64,000 bases of DNA, from positions 100,192,001-100,256,000 of the forward strand of contig OZ024745.1 in assembly GCA_964016885.1 (NCBI GenBank). The letters run 5' to 3'. The DNA comes from Eledone cirrhosa. Its lineage: Eukaryota. The notes beneath the pieces were generated by a model that saw only the letters and a list, made by a program, of their open reading frames with translations, was not told the origin of the DNA and ran no database searches. Made by a program: the position numbers and the translations under genes. Positions 35,501 to 49,300 of the stretch are shown piece after piece (position 1 is the first letter of the stretch; each line of letters starts with the position of its first letter).

Positions 35501-37353
35501 AGTGTGTCAGAGATAGTTGTGATGTCATTGGAGAGAAGTGTATCCGGAATGATAAAGGTGAGCTTGCCCTCACAAGTGCTGAGAAGAAAGATGCATGGAA
35601 GAGTCATTATGATAGATTACTAAATGAGGAGAATGCATGGGAAGAAGAGACCCTACCCCACGTAGACCCTATAGAGGGACCAGCAGTACAAGTCAGCGGC
35701 AGCGTAGTAAGTAAGGCAATCAGAGATATGAAGATAGGGAAGGCAACCGGTCCATCGGGTATAGCTGCCGAGATGCTGAAGGCATCTGGGTCTGTAGGTC
35801 ACACTATAACCACACGTATCGTTAACCAGGTAATACTAGAGGGGGCCATACCAAAAGATTGGTGCAGTAGCATCATTGTCAACTGCTACAAAGGTAAAGG
35901 CGATGCACTAGATAGAGGAAACTATAGAGGTATAAAGTTGATGGACCAGGTCATGAAAGTAACAGAAAGAGTTATAGCACAGCTGATTAGGGACCGGGTG
36001 AATATAGACGAGATGCAATTTGGGTTTGTACCAGGGAAAGGCACCACTGATGCCCTCTTCCTTGTGAGGCAATTACAGGAAAAGTACCTAGCTAAAAGTA
36101 AGCCACTCTACTTGGCATTTGTCGACCTTGAGAAAGCCTTTGACAGAGTTCCACGTGCAGTAATCTGGTGGGCTCTTAGAAAACTAGGAGTAGATGAATG
36201 GCTTGTGAAAGCGGTACAAGCCATGTATAGGGGAGCAGTCAGCAAAGTTAGGATTGGCAATGAGTATAGCGAGGAATTTAGCGTACAGGTTGGGGTCCAC
36301 CAGGGCTCTGTTCTTAGCCCTCTCCTGTTCATCATAGTCCTGCAGGCAATAACGGAGGAGTTTAAGACCGGATGCCCGTGGGAACTCCTGTATGCTGATG
36401 ACCTCGCACTCATAGCTGAATCTATGGTAGAACTAGAGAATAAATTCCAAACCTGGAAGCAGGGACTAGAGAGAAAGGGCCTCAAAGTCAACATGACAAA
36501 GACTAAGGTCCTTGTAAGTAGATGAGAAAACAGAACCCAGATCCCCTCAGGAAAATGGCCTTGCTCAGTATGTAGGAAAGGTGTAGGTAGGAACTCCATT
36601 CTCTGCCCCAAATGCAAACAATGGGTACACAAGAGATGTAGCGGGATCTCAGGAAGCTTAATTAAGAATGTAGGATTCACATGCAGCAGCTGTGCTGAAA
36701 CAGCAAGCAAACAGCCACAGGAAACAAGTACCACCAATCTCTGGGAGGGCCCTGTAGAAACAGTAGACAGCTTCTGCTACCTAGGTGACCGAATTAGCAA
36801 CGGAGGTGGGTGCTCAGAAAGTACAATAACTAGGGTAAGAACGGGATGGAAGAAGTTTAGGGAACTACTACCACTGCTAGCTGCAAAAGGCTTCTCCCTC
36901 AGAATGAAAGGCAGACTGTATGATGCGTGTATCCGAACAGCGATGTTGCATGGTAGTGAGACCTGGGCGCTGAAGGTGGAAGACTTACGTAGATTAGAGA
37001 GAAACGAAGCCTGCATGCTCCGATGGATGTGTAACAGTAATATACGTGAACGACAAAGCATAAAGGAATTGAGAGAGAGACTGAGCATAAGAGGAATCAA
37101 ATGCTGCGTGCAGGAGAGGCGGTTACGCTGGTATGGACATGTGATGCGTATGAAGGATGACAGCTGCATAAAAAGGTGCAGAGCACTAGAAGTTGATGGA
37201 AACCGCGGAGTGGGGAGACCCAAGATGACTTGGGATGAGGTGATAAAAGCCGACCTTACCCAACTACACCTCTCAAAGTCAATGACACACGACCGTGACT
37301 TCTGGCGTCACGCAGTAATACAGGGTACCCGACCTCCCATGGGTACATGCTGA
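32577..37353 (+). pseudogene. RTE endonuclease/reverse transcriptase ORF (join 32577-33099, 34757-37353; ~1039 aa), broken by an insertion and by a TGA at 36523-36525
   Basis: Removing the insert restores GDFNGHV-GKHCDGFNRVHGGHGVGTRNEEG in frame, continuous with the ORFs at 34858 and 36904. Confidence 0.9.
33100..34750 (+). mobile_element. 5'-truncated RTE copy nested in the outer RTE
   Basis: Matches 36022-37650 at offset 2900 with ~7 substitutions. ACGTAG is duplicated at 33094-33099 and 34751-34756. Has its own (GAT)n tail. Confidence 0.93.
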
Positions 37354-40300
37354 AGCATATAAACAATATGCCCCCCCCCCCCCCCCACCGCAAGGTGGCC
37401 GTGGAGGTGCCACGGCAAAAAAGCACCCAGCCCACACTGTAAAGTGGACGTGTAGGCGCCACGAAAAAGCACCCAGCACTCACTGTAAATGAGGTTGGTG
37501 TTAGGAAGGGCATCCAGCTGTAGAAATCAAGCCAGATCAGTTCCTGTATGAGCAAGGCATGGTCAGCCGACCAGACACTGCCCACAACAGGACAACCCGT
37601 CTAACCCATGCTAGCGTGGAAGAACGGACGTAAAACGGTGATGATGATGATGATGATGATGATGTTCTAAGTTTAAAAAAACTAAACAGACCAGATTTAA
37701 ATTTTTTTTAAATTCCAAACTGTCTCTGTTTCCAGGACACATTAGCCATCTGTTTTAAAGGATTTTGTATATAATTTAAAACATGTCAAGATAATTTTAT
37801 ATGAGAGCCTTTTATCAAATTACGTTAGAAGCTCTATCCTAATAATTAAACAATAATTTGTGTAAACATTTTCAAATTTGTCATTAATTAATTAAAATAG
37901 TACATTTCATTAGTGATGCAGTAAAGTTGACATGAGTGGGAACATATGAAGTATTGTAGAGTTTACTGTGGCAGTGTAGGACATGATAGGAACATAGGAT
38001 ATATTGTAGAGTTTACTGTGGCAGTGTATGACATGATAGGAACATAGGATATATTGTAGAGTTTACTGTGGCAATGTATGACATGATAGGAACATAGGAT
38101 ATATTGTAGAGTTTACTGTGGCAGTGTAGGACATGATAGGAACATAGGATATATTGTAGAGTTTACTGTGGTAGTGTATGTCATGATAGGAACATAGGAT
38201 ATATTGTAGAGTTTACTGTGGCAGTGTATGACATGATAGGAACATAGGATATATTTTAGAGTTTACTGTGGCAGTGTATGACATGATAGGAACATAGGAT
38301 ATATTGTAGAGTTTACTGTGGCAGTGTAGGACATGATAGGAACATAAGATATATTGTAGAGTTTACTGTGGCAGTGTAGGACATGATAGGAACATAGGAT
38401 ATATTGTAGAGTTTACTGTGGCAGTGTAGGACATGATAGGAACATAGAATATATTGTAGAGTTTACTGTGGCAGTGTAGGACATGATAGGGACATAGGAT
38501 ATATTTTAGAGTTTACTGTGGCAGTGTATGACATGATAGGAACATAGGATATATTTTAGAGTTTACTGTGGCAGTGTAGGACATGATAGGGACACAGGAT
38601 ATATTGTAGAGTTTACTGTGGCAGTGTAGGAGATGATAGGAACATAGGATATATTGTAGAGTTTACTGTGGCAGTGTAGGACATGATAGGAACATAGGTT
38701 ATATTGTAGAGTTTACTGTGGCAGTGTAGGACATAATAGGTACATAGGATATATTGTAGAGTTTACTGTGGCAGTGTAGGACATGATAGGTACATAGGTT
38801 ATATTGTAGAGTTTACTGTGGCAGTGTACGACATGATAGGAACATAGGTTATATTGTAGAGTTTACTGTGGCAGTGTAGGATATGATAGGAACATAGAAT
38901 ATATGTTAGAGTTTACTGTGGCAGTGTAGGACATGATAGGAACATAGGATATTTTGTAGAGTTTACTGTGGCAGTGTAGGACATGATAGCAACATAGGAT
39001 ATATTGTAGAGTTTATTGTGGAAGTGTAGGACAAGATAGGGACATAGGATATATTGTAGAGTTAACTGTCGCAGTGTAGGACAAGATAGGTACATAAGAT
39101 ATATTGTAGAGTTTACTGTGGCAGTGTAGGACATGATAGGTACATAAGATATATTGTAGAGTTTACTGTGGCAGTGTAGGAGATGATAGGAACATAGGAT
39201 ATATTGTAGAGTTTACTAAGGCAGTGTAGGACATGATAGGTACATAGGATATATTGTAGAGTTTACTGTGGCAGTGTAGGACATGATAGGAACATAGGAT
39301 ATATTATAGAGTTTACTCTTGGCAGTGTAGGACATGATAGCAACATAGGATATATTGTAGAGTTTACTGTAGCAGTGTACGACATGATAGGAACATAGGA
39401 TATATTGTAGAGTTTACTGTGGCAGTGTAGGACATGATAGGTACATAGGATATATTGTAGAGTTTACTGTGGCAGTGTAGGACATGGTAGGAACATAGGA
39501 TATATTGTAGAGTTTACTGTGGCAGGGTAGGACATGATAGGTACATAGGATATATTGTAGAGTTTACTGTGGCAGTGTAGGACATGATAGCAACATAGGA
39601 TATATTGTAGAGTTTACTGTGGCAGTGTTGGACATGATAGGTACATTGGATATATTGTAGAGTTAATTGTGGCAGTGTATGACATGATAGCGACATAGGA
39701 TATATTGTAGACTTTACTGTGGCAGTGTAGGAGATGATAGGAACATAGGATATATTGTAGAGTTTACTGTGGGAGTGTAAGAGATGATAGGAACATAGGA
39801 TATATTGTAGAGTTTACTGTGGCAGTGTAGGACATGATAGAAACATAGTATATACTGTAGAGTATACTGTGCAGTGTAGGACATGATAGGAACATAGGAT
39901 ATATTGTACAGTTTACTGTGGCAGTGTAGGACATGATAGGAACATAAGATATATTGTAGAGTTTACTGTGGCAGTGTAGGACATGATAGGAACATAGGAT
40001 ATATTGTAGAGTTTACTGTGGCAGTGTAGGACATGATAGGAACATAGAATATATTGTAGAGTTTACTGTGGCAGTGTAGGACATGATAGGGACATAGGAT
40101 ATATTTTAGAGTTTACTGTGGCAGTGTATGACATGATAGGAACATAGGATATATTTTAGAGTTTACTGTGGCAGTGTAGGACATGATAGGGACACAGGAT
40201 ATATTGTAGAGTTTACTGTGGCAGTGTAGGAGATGATAGGAACATAGGATATATTGTAGAGTTTACTGTGGCAGTGTAGGACATGATAGGAACATAGGTT

Positions 40301-43300
40301 ATATTGTAGAGTTTACTGTGGCAGTGTAGGACATAATAGGTACATAGGATATATTGTAGAGTTTACTGTGGCAGTGTAGGACATGATAGGTACATAGGTT
40401 ATATTGTAGAGTTTACTGTGGCAGTGTACGACATGATAGGAACATAGGTTATATTGTAGAGTTTACTGTGGCAGTGTAGGATATGATAGGAACATAGAAT
40501 ATATGTTAGAGTTTACTGTGGCAGTGTAGGACATGATAGGAACATAGGATATTTTGTAGAGTTTACTGTGGCAGTGTAGGACATGATAGCAACATAGGAT
40601 ATATTGTAGAGTTTATTGTGGAAGTGTAGGACAAGATAGGGACATAGGATATATTGTAGAGTTAACTGTCGCAGTGTAGGACAAGATAGGTACATAAGAT
40701 ATATTGTAGAGTTTACTGTGGCAGTGTAGGACATGATAGGTACATAAGATATATTGTAGAGTTTACTGTGGCAGTGTAGGAGATGATAGGAACATAGGAT
40801 ATATTGTAGAGTTTACTAAGGCAGTGTAGGACATGATAGGTACATAGGATATATTGTAGAGTTTACTGTGGCAGTGTAGGACATGATAGGAACATAGGAT
40901 ATATTATAGAGTTTACTCTTGGCAGTGTAGGACATGATAGCAACATAGGATATATTGTAGAGTTTACTGTAGCAGTGTACGACATGATAGGAACATAGGA
41001 TATATTGTAGAGTTTACTGTGGCAGTGTAGGACATGATAGGTACATAGGATATATTGTAGAGTTTACTGTGGCAGTGTAGGACATGGTAGGAACATAGGA
41101 TATATTGTAGAGTTTACTGTGGCAGGGTAGGACATGATAGGTACATAGGATATATTGTAGAGTTTACTGTGGCAGTGTAGGACATGATAGCAACATAGGA
41201 TATATTGTAGAGTTTACTGTGGCAGTGTTGGACATGATAGGTACATTGGATATATTGTAGAGTTAATTGTGGCAGTGTATGACATGATAGCAACATAGGA
41301 TATATTGTAGACTTTACTGTGGCAGTGTAGGAGATGATAGGAACATAGGATATATTGTAGAGTTTACTGTGGGAGTGTAAGAGATAATAGGAACATAGGA
41401 TATATTGTAGAGTTTACTGTGGCAGTGTAGGACATGATAGAAACATAGTATATACTGTAGAGTATACTGTGCAGTGTAGGACATGATAGGAACATAGGAT
41501 ATATGTTAGAGTTTACTGTGAAAGTGTAGGACATGGTAGGAACATAGGATATATTGTAGAGTTTACTGTGACAGTGTATGACATGATAGATACACAGGAT
41601 ATATTGTAGAGTTTATTGTGGCAGTGTAGAACATGATAGGAACATAGGATATATTGTAGAGTTTACTGTGGCAGTGTAGGACAAGATAGGTACATAAGAT
41701 ATATTGTAGAGTTTACTGTGGCAGTGTAGGACATGATAGGTACATAAGATATATTGTAGAGTTTACTGTGGCAGTGTAGGACATGATAGGAACATAGGAT
41801 ATATTGTAGAGTTTACTCTTGGCAGTGTAGGACATGATAGCAACATAGGATATATTGTAGAGTTTACTGTGGCAGTGTAGAAAATGATAGGAACATAAGA
41901 TATATTGTAGAGTTTAATGTGGCAGTGTAGGAAATGATAGCAACATAGGATATATTGTAGAGTTTACTGTGGCAGTGTAGGACATGATAGGTACATAGGA
42001 TATATTGTAGAGTTTACTGTGGCAGGGTAGGACATGATAGGAACATAGGATATATTGTAGAGTTTACTGTGGCAGTGTAGGACATGATAGGAACATAGGA
42101 TATATTGTAGAGTTTACTGTGGCAGTGTAGGACATGATAGGAACATAGGATATATTGTAGAGTTTACTGTGGCAGTGTAGGAGATAATAGGAACATAGGA
42201 TATATTGTAGAGTTTACTGTAGCAGTGTACGACATGATAGGAACATAGGATATATTGTAGAGTTTACTGTGGCAGTGTAGGACATGATAGGAACATAGGA
42301 TATATTGTAGAGTTTACTGTGGCAGTGTAGGACATGATAGGAACATAGGATATATTGTAGAGTTTACTGTGGCAGTGTAGGACATGATAGGAACATAGGA
42401 TATATTGTAGAGTTTACTGTGGCAGTGTAGGACATGATAGGTACATAGGATATATTGTAGAGTTTACTGTGGCAGTGTAGGACATGATAGGTACATAGGA
42501 TATATTGTAGAGTTTACTGTGGCAGCGTAGGACATGGTAGGAACATAGGATATATTGTAGAGTTTACTGTGGCAGTGTAGGACATGGTAGGAACATAGGA
42601 TATATTATAGAGTTTACTGTGGCAGTGTAGGACATGATAGGAACATAGGATATATTGTAGAGTTTACTGTGGCAGTGTAGGACATGGTAGGAATATAGGA
42701 TATATTGTAGAGTTTACTGTGGCAGTGTAGGACATGATAGGTACATAGGATATATTGTAGAGTTTACTGTGGCAGTGTAGGACATGGTAGGAACATAGGA
42801 TATATTATAGAGTTTACTGTGGCAGTGTAGGACATGATAGGTACATAGGATATATTGTAGAGTTTACTGTGGCAGTGTAGGACATGATAGGAACATAGGA
42901 TATATTATAGAGTTTACTGTGGCAGTGTAGGACGTGATAGTAACATAGGATATATTGTAGAGTTTACTGTGGCAGTGTAGGACATGATAGGAACATAGGA
43001 TATATTATAGAGTTTACTCTTGGCAGTGTAGGACATGATAGCAACATAGGATATATTGTAGAGTTTACTGTAGCAGTGTACGACATGATAGGAACATAGG
43101 ATATATTGTAGAGTTTACTGTGGCAGTGTAGGACATGATAGGTACATAGGATATATTGTAGAGTTTACTGTGGCAGTGTAGGACATGGTAGGAACATAGG
43201 ATATATTGTAGAGTTTACTGTGGCAGGGTAGGACATGATATGTACATAGGATATATTGTAGAGTTTACTGTGGCAGTGTAGGACATGATAGCAACATAGG

Positions 43301-46300
43301 ATATATTGTAGAGTTTACTGTGGCAGTGTTGGACATGATAGGTACATTGGATATATTGTAGAGTTAACTGTGGCAGTGTATGACATGATAGGAACATAGG
43401 ATATATTGTAGAGTTTACTGTGGCAGTGTAGAAAATGATAGGAACATAAGATATATTGTAGAGTTTAATGTGGCAGTGTAGGAAATGATAGCAACATAGG
43501 ATATATTGTAGAGTTTACTGTGGCAGTGTAGGACATGATAGGTACATAGGATATATTGTAGAGTTTACTGTGGCAGGGTAGGACATGATAGGAACATAGG
43601 ATATATTGTAGAGTTTACTGTGGCAGTGTAGGACATGATAGGAACATAGGATATATTGTAGAGTTTACTGTGGCAGTGTAGGACATGATAGGAACATAGG
43701 ATATATTGTAGAGTTTACTGTGGCAGTGTAGGACATGATAGGAACATAGGATATATTGTAGAGTTTACTGTAGCAGTGTACGACATGATAGGAACATAGG
43801 ATATATTGTAGAGTTTACTGTGGCAGTGTAGGACATGATAGGAACATAGGATATATTGTAGAGTTTACTGTGGCAGTGTAGGACATGATAGGAACATAGG
43901 ATATATTGTAGAGTTTACTGTGGCAGTGTAGGACATGATAGGAACATAGGATATATTGTAGAGTTTACTGTGGCAGTGTAGGACATGATAGGTACATAGG
44001 ATATATTGTAGAGTTTACTGTGGCAGTGTAGGACATGATAGGTACATAGGATATATTGTAGAGTTTACTGTGGCAGCGTAGGACATGGTAGGAACATAGG
44101 ATATATTGTAGAGTTTACTGTGGCAGTGTAGGACATGATAGGAACATAGGATATATTGTAGAGTTTACTGTGGCAGTGTAGGACATGGTAGGAATATAGG
44201 ATATATTGTAGAGTTTACTGTGGCAGTGTAGGACATGATAGGTACATAGGATATATTGTAGAGTTTACTGTGGCAGTGTAGGACATGGTAGGAACATAGG
44301 ATATATTATAGAGTTTACTGTGGCAGTGTAGGACATGATAGGTACATAGGATATATTGTAGAGTTTACTGTGGCAGTGTAGGACATGATAGGAACATAGG
44401 ATATATTATAGAGTTTACTGTGGCAGTGTAGGACGTGATAGTAACATAGGATATATTGTAGAGTTTACTGTGGCAGTGTAGGACATGATAGGAACATAGG
44501 ATATATTATAGAGTTTACTCTTGGCAGTGTAGGACATGATAGCAACATAGGATATATTGTAGAGTTTACTGTAGCAGTGTACGACATGATAGGAACATAG
44601 GATATATTGTAGAGTTTACTGTGGCAGTGTAGGACATGATAGGTACATAGGATATATTGTAGAGTTTACTGTGGCAGTGTAGGACATGGTAGGAACATAG
44701 GATATATTGTAGAGTTTACTGTGGCAGGGTAGGACATGATAGGTACATAGGATATATTGTAGAGTTTACTGTGGCAGTGTAGGACATGATAGCAACATAG
44801 GATATATTGTAGAGTTTACTGTGGCAGTGTTGGACATGATAGGTACATTGGATATATTGTAGAGTTAACTGTGGCAGTGTATGACATGATAGCAACATAG
44901 GATATATTGTAGACTTTACTGTGGCAGTGTAGGAGATGATAGGAACATAGGATATATTGTAGAGTTTACTGTGGGAGTGTAAGAGATGATAGGAACAAAG
45001 GATATATTGTAGAGTTTACTGTGGCAGTGTAGGACATGATAGAAACATAGTATATACTGTAGAGTATACTGTGCAGTGTAGGACATGATAGGAACATAGG
45101 ATATATGTTAGAGTTTACTGTGAAAGTGTAGGACATGGTAGGAACATAGGATATATTGTAGAGTTTACTGTGACAGTGTATGACATGATAGATACACAGG
45201 ATATATTGTAGAGTTTATTGTGGCAGTGTAGAACATGATAGGAACATAGGATATATTGTAGAGTTTACTGTGGCAGTGTAGGACAAGATAGGTACATAAG
45301 ATATATTGTAGAGTTTACTGTGGCAGTGTAGGACATGATAGGTACATAAGATATATTGTAGAGTTTACTGTGGCAGTGTAGGACATGATAGGAACATAGG
45401 ATATATTGTAGAGTTTACTCTTGGCAGTGTAGGACATGATAGCAACATAGGATATATTGTAGAGTTTACTGTGGCAGTGTAGAAAATGATAGGAACATAA
45501 GATATATTGTAGAGTTTAATGTGGCAGTGTAGGAAATGATAGCAACATAGGATATATTGTAGAGTTTACTGTGGCAGTGTAGGACATGATAGGTACATAG
45601 GATATATTGTAGAGTTTACTGTGGCAGGGTAGGACATGATAGGAACATAGGATATATTGTAGAGTTTACTGTGGCAGTGTAGGACATGATAGGAACATAG
45701 GATATATTGTAGAGTTTACTGTGGCAGTGTAGGACATGATAGGAACATAGGATATATTGTAGAGTTTACTGTGGCAGTGTAGGAGATAATAGGAACATAG
45801 GATATATTGTAGAGTTTACTGTAGCAGTGTACGACATGATAGGAACATAGGATATATTGTAGAGTTTACTGTGGCAGTGTAGGACATGATAGGAACATAG
45901 GATATATTGTAGAGTTTACTGTGGCAGTGGAGGACATGATAGGAACATAGGATATATTGTAGAGTTTATTGTGGCAGTGTAGGACATGATAGGAACATAG
46001 GATATATTGTAGAGTTTACTGTGGCAGTGTAGGACATAATAGGAAAATAGGATATATTGTAGAGTTTACTGTAGCAGTGTACGATATGATAGGAACATAG
46101 GATATATTGTAGAGTTTACTGTGGCAGTGTAGGACATGATAGGAACATAGGATATATTGTAGAGTTTACTGTGGCAGTGTAGGACATGATAGGAACATAG
46201 GATATATTGTAGAGTTTACTGTGGCAGTGTAGGACATGATAGGAACATAGGATATATTGTAGAGTTTACTGTGGCAGTGTAGGACATGATAGGTACATAG

Positions 46301-49300
46301 GATATACTGTAGAGTTTACTGTGGCAGTGTAGGACATGATAGGTACATAGGATATATTGTAGAGTTTACTGTGGCAGCGTAGGACATGGTAGGAACATAG
46401 GATATATTGTAGAGTTTACTGTGGCAGTGTAGGACATGATAGGAACATAGGATATATTGTAGAGTTTACTGTGGCAGTGTAGGACATGGTAGGAATATAG
46501 GATATATTGTAGAGTTTACTGTGGCAGTGTAGGACATGATAGGTACATAGGATATATTGTAGAGTTTACTGTGGCAGTGTAGGACATGGTAGGAACATAG
46601 GATATATTATAGAGTTTACTGTGGCAGTGTAGGACATGATAGGTACATAGGATATATTGTAGAGTTTACTGTGGCAGTGTAGGACATGATAGGAACATAG
46701 GATATATTATAGAGTTTACTGTGGCAGTGTAGGACGTGATAGTAACATAGGATATATTGTAGAGTTTACTGTGGCAGTGTAGGACATGATAGGAACATAG
46801 GATATATTATAGAGTTTACTCTTGGCAGTGTAGGACATGATAGCAACATAGGATATATTGTAGAGTTTACTGTAGCAGTGTACGACATGATAGGAACATA
46901 GGATATATTGTAGAGTTTACTGTGGCAGTGTAGGACATGATAGGTACATAGGATATATTGTAGAGTTTACTGTGGCAGTGTAGGACATGGTAGGAACATA
47001 GGATATATTGTAGAGTTTACTGTGGCAGGGTAGGACATGATAGGTACATAGGATATATTGTAGAGTTTACTGTGGCAGTGTAGGACATGATAGCAACATA
47101 GGATATATTGTAGAGTTTACTGTGGCAGTGTTGGACATGATAGGTACATTGGATATATTGTAGAGTTAACTGTGGCAGTGTATGACATGATAGCAACATA
47201 GGATATATTGTAGACTTTACTGTGGCAGTGTAGGAGATGATAGGAACATAGGATATATTGTAGAGTTTACTGTGGGAGTGTAAGAGATGATAGGAACATA
47301 GGATATATTGTAGAGTTTACTGTGGCAGTGTAGGACATGATAGAAACATAGTATATACTGTAGAGTATACTGTGCAGTGTAGGACATGATAGGAACATAG
47401 GATATATGTTAGAGTTTACTGTGACAGTGTATGACATGATAGATACACAGGATATATTGTAGAGTTTATTGTGGCAGTGTAGAACATGATAGGAACATAG
47501 GATATATTGTAGAGTTTACTGTGGCAGTGTAGGACAAGATAGGTACATAAGATATATTGTAGAGTTTACTGTGGCAGTGTAGGACATGATAGGTACATAA
47601 GATATATTGTAGAGTTTACTGTGGCAGTGTAGGACATGATAGGAACATAGGATATATTGTAGAGTTTACTCTTGGCAGTGTAGGACATGATAGCAACATA
47701 GGATATATTGTAGAGTTTACTGTAGCAGTGTACGACATGATAGGAACATAGGATATATTGTAGAGTTTACTGTGGCAGTGTAGGACATGATAGGTACATA
47801 GGATATATTGTAGAGTTTACTGTGGCAGTGTAGGACATGGTAGGAACATAGGATATATTGTAGAGTTTACTGTGGCAGGGTAGGACATGATAGGTACATA
47901 GGATATATTGTAGAGTTTACTGTGGCAGTGTAGGACATGATAGCAACATAGGATATATTGTAGAGTTTACTGTGGCAGTGTTGGACATGATAGGTACATT
48001 GGATATATTGTAGAGTTAACTGTGGCAGTTTATGACATGATAGCAACATAGGATATATTGTAGACTTTACTGTGGCAGTGTAGGAGATGATAGGAACATA
48101 GGATATATTGTAGAGTTTACTGTGGGAGTGTAAGAGATGATAGGAACATAGGATATATTGTAGAGTTTACTGTGGCAGTGTAGGACATGATAGAAACATA
48201 GTATATACTGTAGAGTATACTGTGCAGTGTAGGACATGATAGGAACATAGGATATATGTTAGAGTTTACTGTGACAGTGTATGACATGATAGATACACAG
48301 GATATATTGTAGAGTTTATTGTGGCAGTGTAGAACATGATAGGAACATAGGATATATTGTAGAGTTTACTGTGGCAGTGTAGGACAAGATAGGTACATAA
48401 GATATATTGTAGAGTTTACTGTGGCAGTGTAGGACATGATAGGTACATAAGATATATTGTAGAGTTTACTGTGGCAGTGTAGGACATGATAGGAACATAG
48501 GATATATTGTAGAGTTTACTCTTGGCAGTGTAGGACATGATAGCAACATAGGATATATTGTAGAGTTTACTGTGGCAGTGTAGAACATGATAGGAACATA
48601 AGATATATTGTAGAGTTTAATGTGGCAGTGTAGGAAATGATAGCAACATAGGATATATTGTAGAGTTTACTGTGGCAGTGTAGGACATGATAGGTACACA
48701 GGATATATTGTAGAGTTTACTGTGGCAGGGTAGGACATGATAGGAACATAGGATATATTGTAGAGTTTACTGTGGCAGTGTAGGACATGATAGGAACATA
48801 GGATATATTGTAGAGTTTACTGTGGCAGTGTAGGACATGATAGGAACATAGGATATATTGTAGAGTTTACTGTGGCAGTGTAGGAGATAATAGGAACATA
48901 GGATATATTGTAGAGTTTACTGTAGCAGTGTACGACATGATAGGAACATAGGATATATTGTAGAGTTTACTGTGGCAGTGTAGGACATGATAGGAACATA
49001 GGATATACTGTAGAGTTTACTGTAGCAGTGTACGATATGATAGGAACATAGGATATATTGTAGAGTTTACTGTGGCAGTGTAGGACATGGTAGGAACATA
49101 GGATATATTGTACAGTTTACTGTGGCAGTGTAGGACATGGTAGGAACATAGGATATATTGTAGAGTTTACTGTGGCAGTGTAGGACATGATAGGAACATA
49201 GGATATATTGTAGAGTTTACTGTGGCAGTGTAGGACATGATAGGAACATAGGATATATTGTAGAGTTTACTGTGGCAGTGTAGGACATGATAGGAACATA

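Larger units (their letters stand above)
32577..37664 (+). mobile_element. Near-full-length RTE non-LTR retrotransposon (outer copy), disrupted
   Basis: APE motifs (GTINV, CVQETRW, SAYAPQ, GDFNGHV, LDFIL, SQHSLV), RT (YRGIKL, QFGF, FVDLEKAFD, GVHQGSVLSP, LYADD), 3'UTR and (GAT)n tail. Confidence 0.95.

Noticed and set aside
33208-37223. Minus-strand ORFs of 148-209 aa over the RTE
   Set aside because: Antisense shadows of the RT coding frame.
33100-37664. 1.65-kb direct repeats as LTRs or an assembly duplication
   Set aside because: The repeat is the LINE 3' end with its tail, a TSD, a unique 5' stutter and several substitutions, and it interrupts the endonuclease frame.
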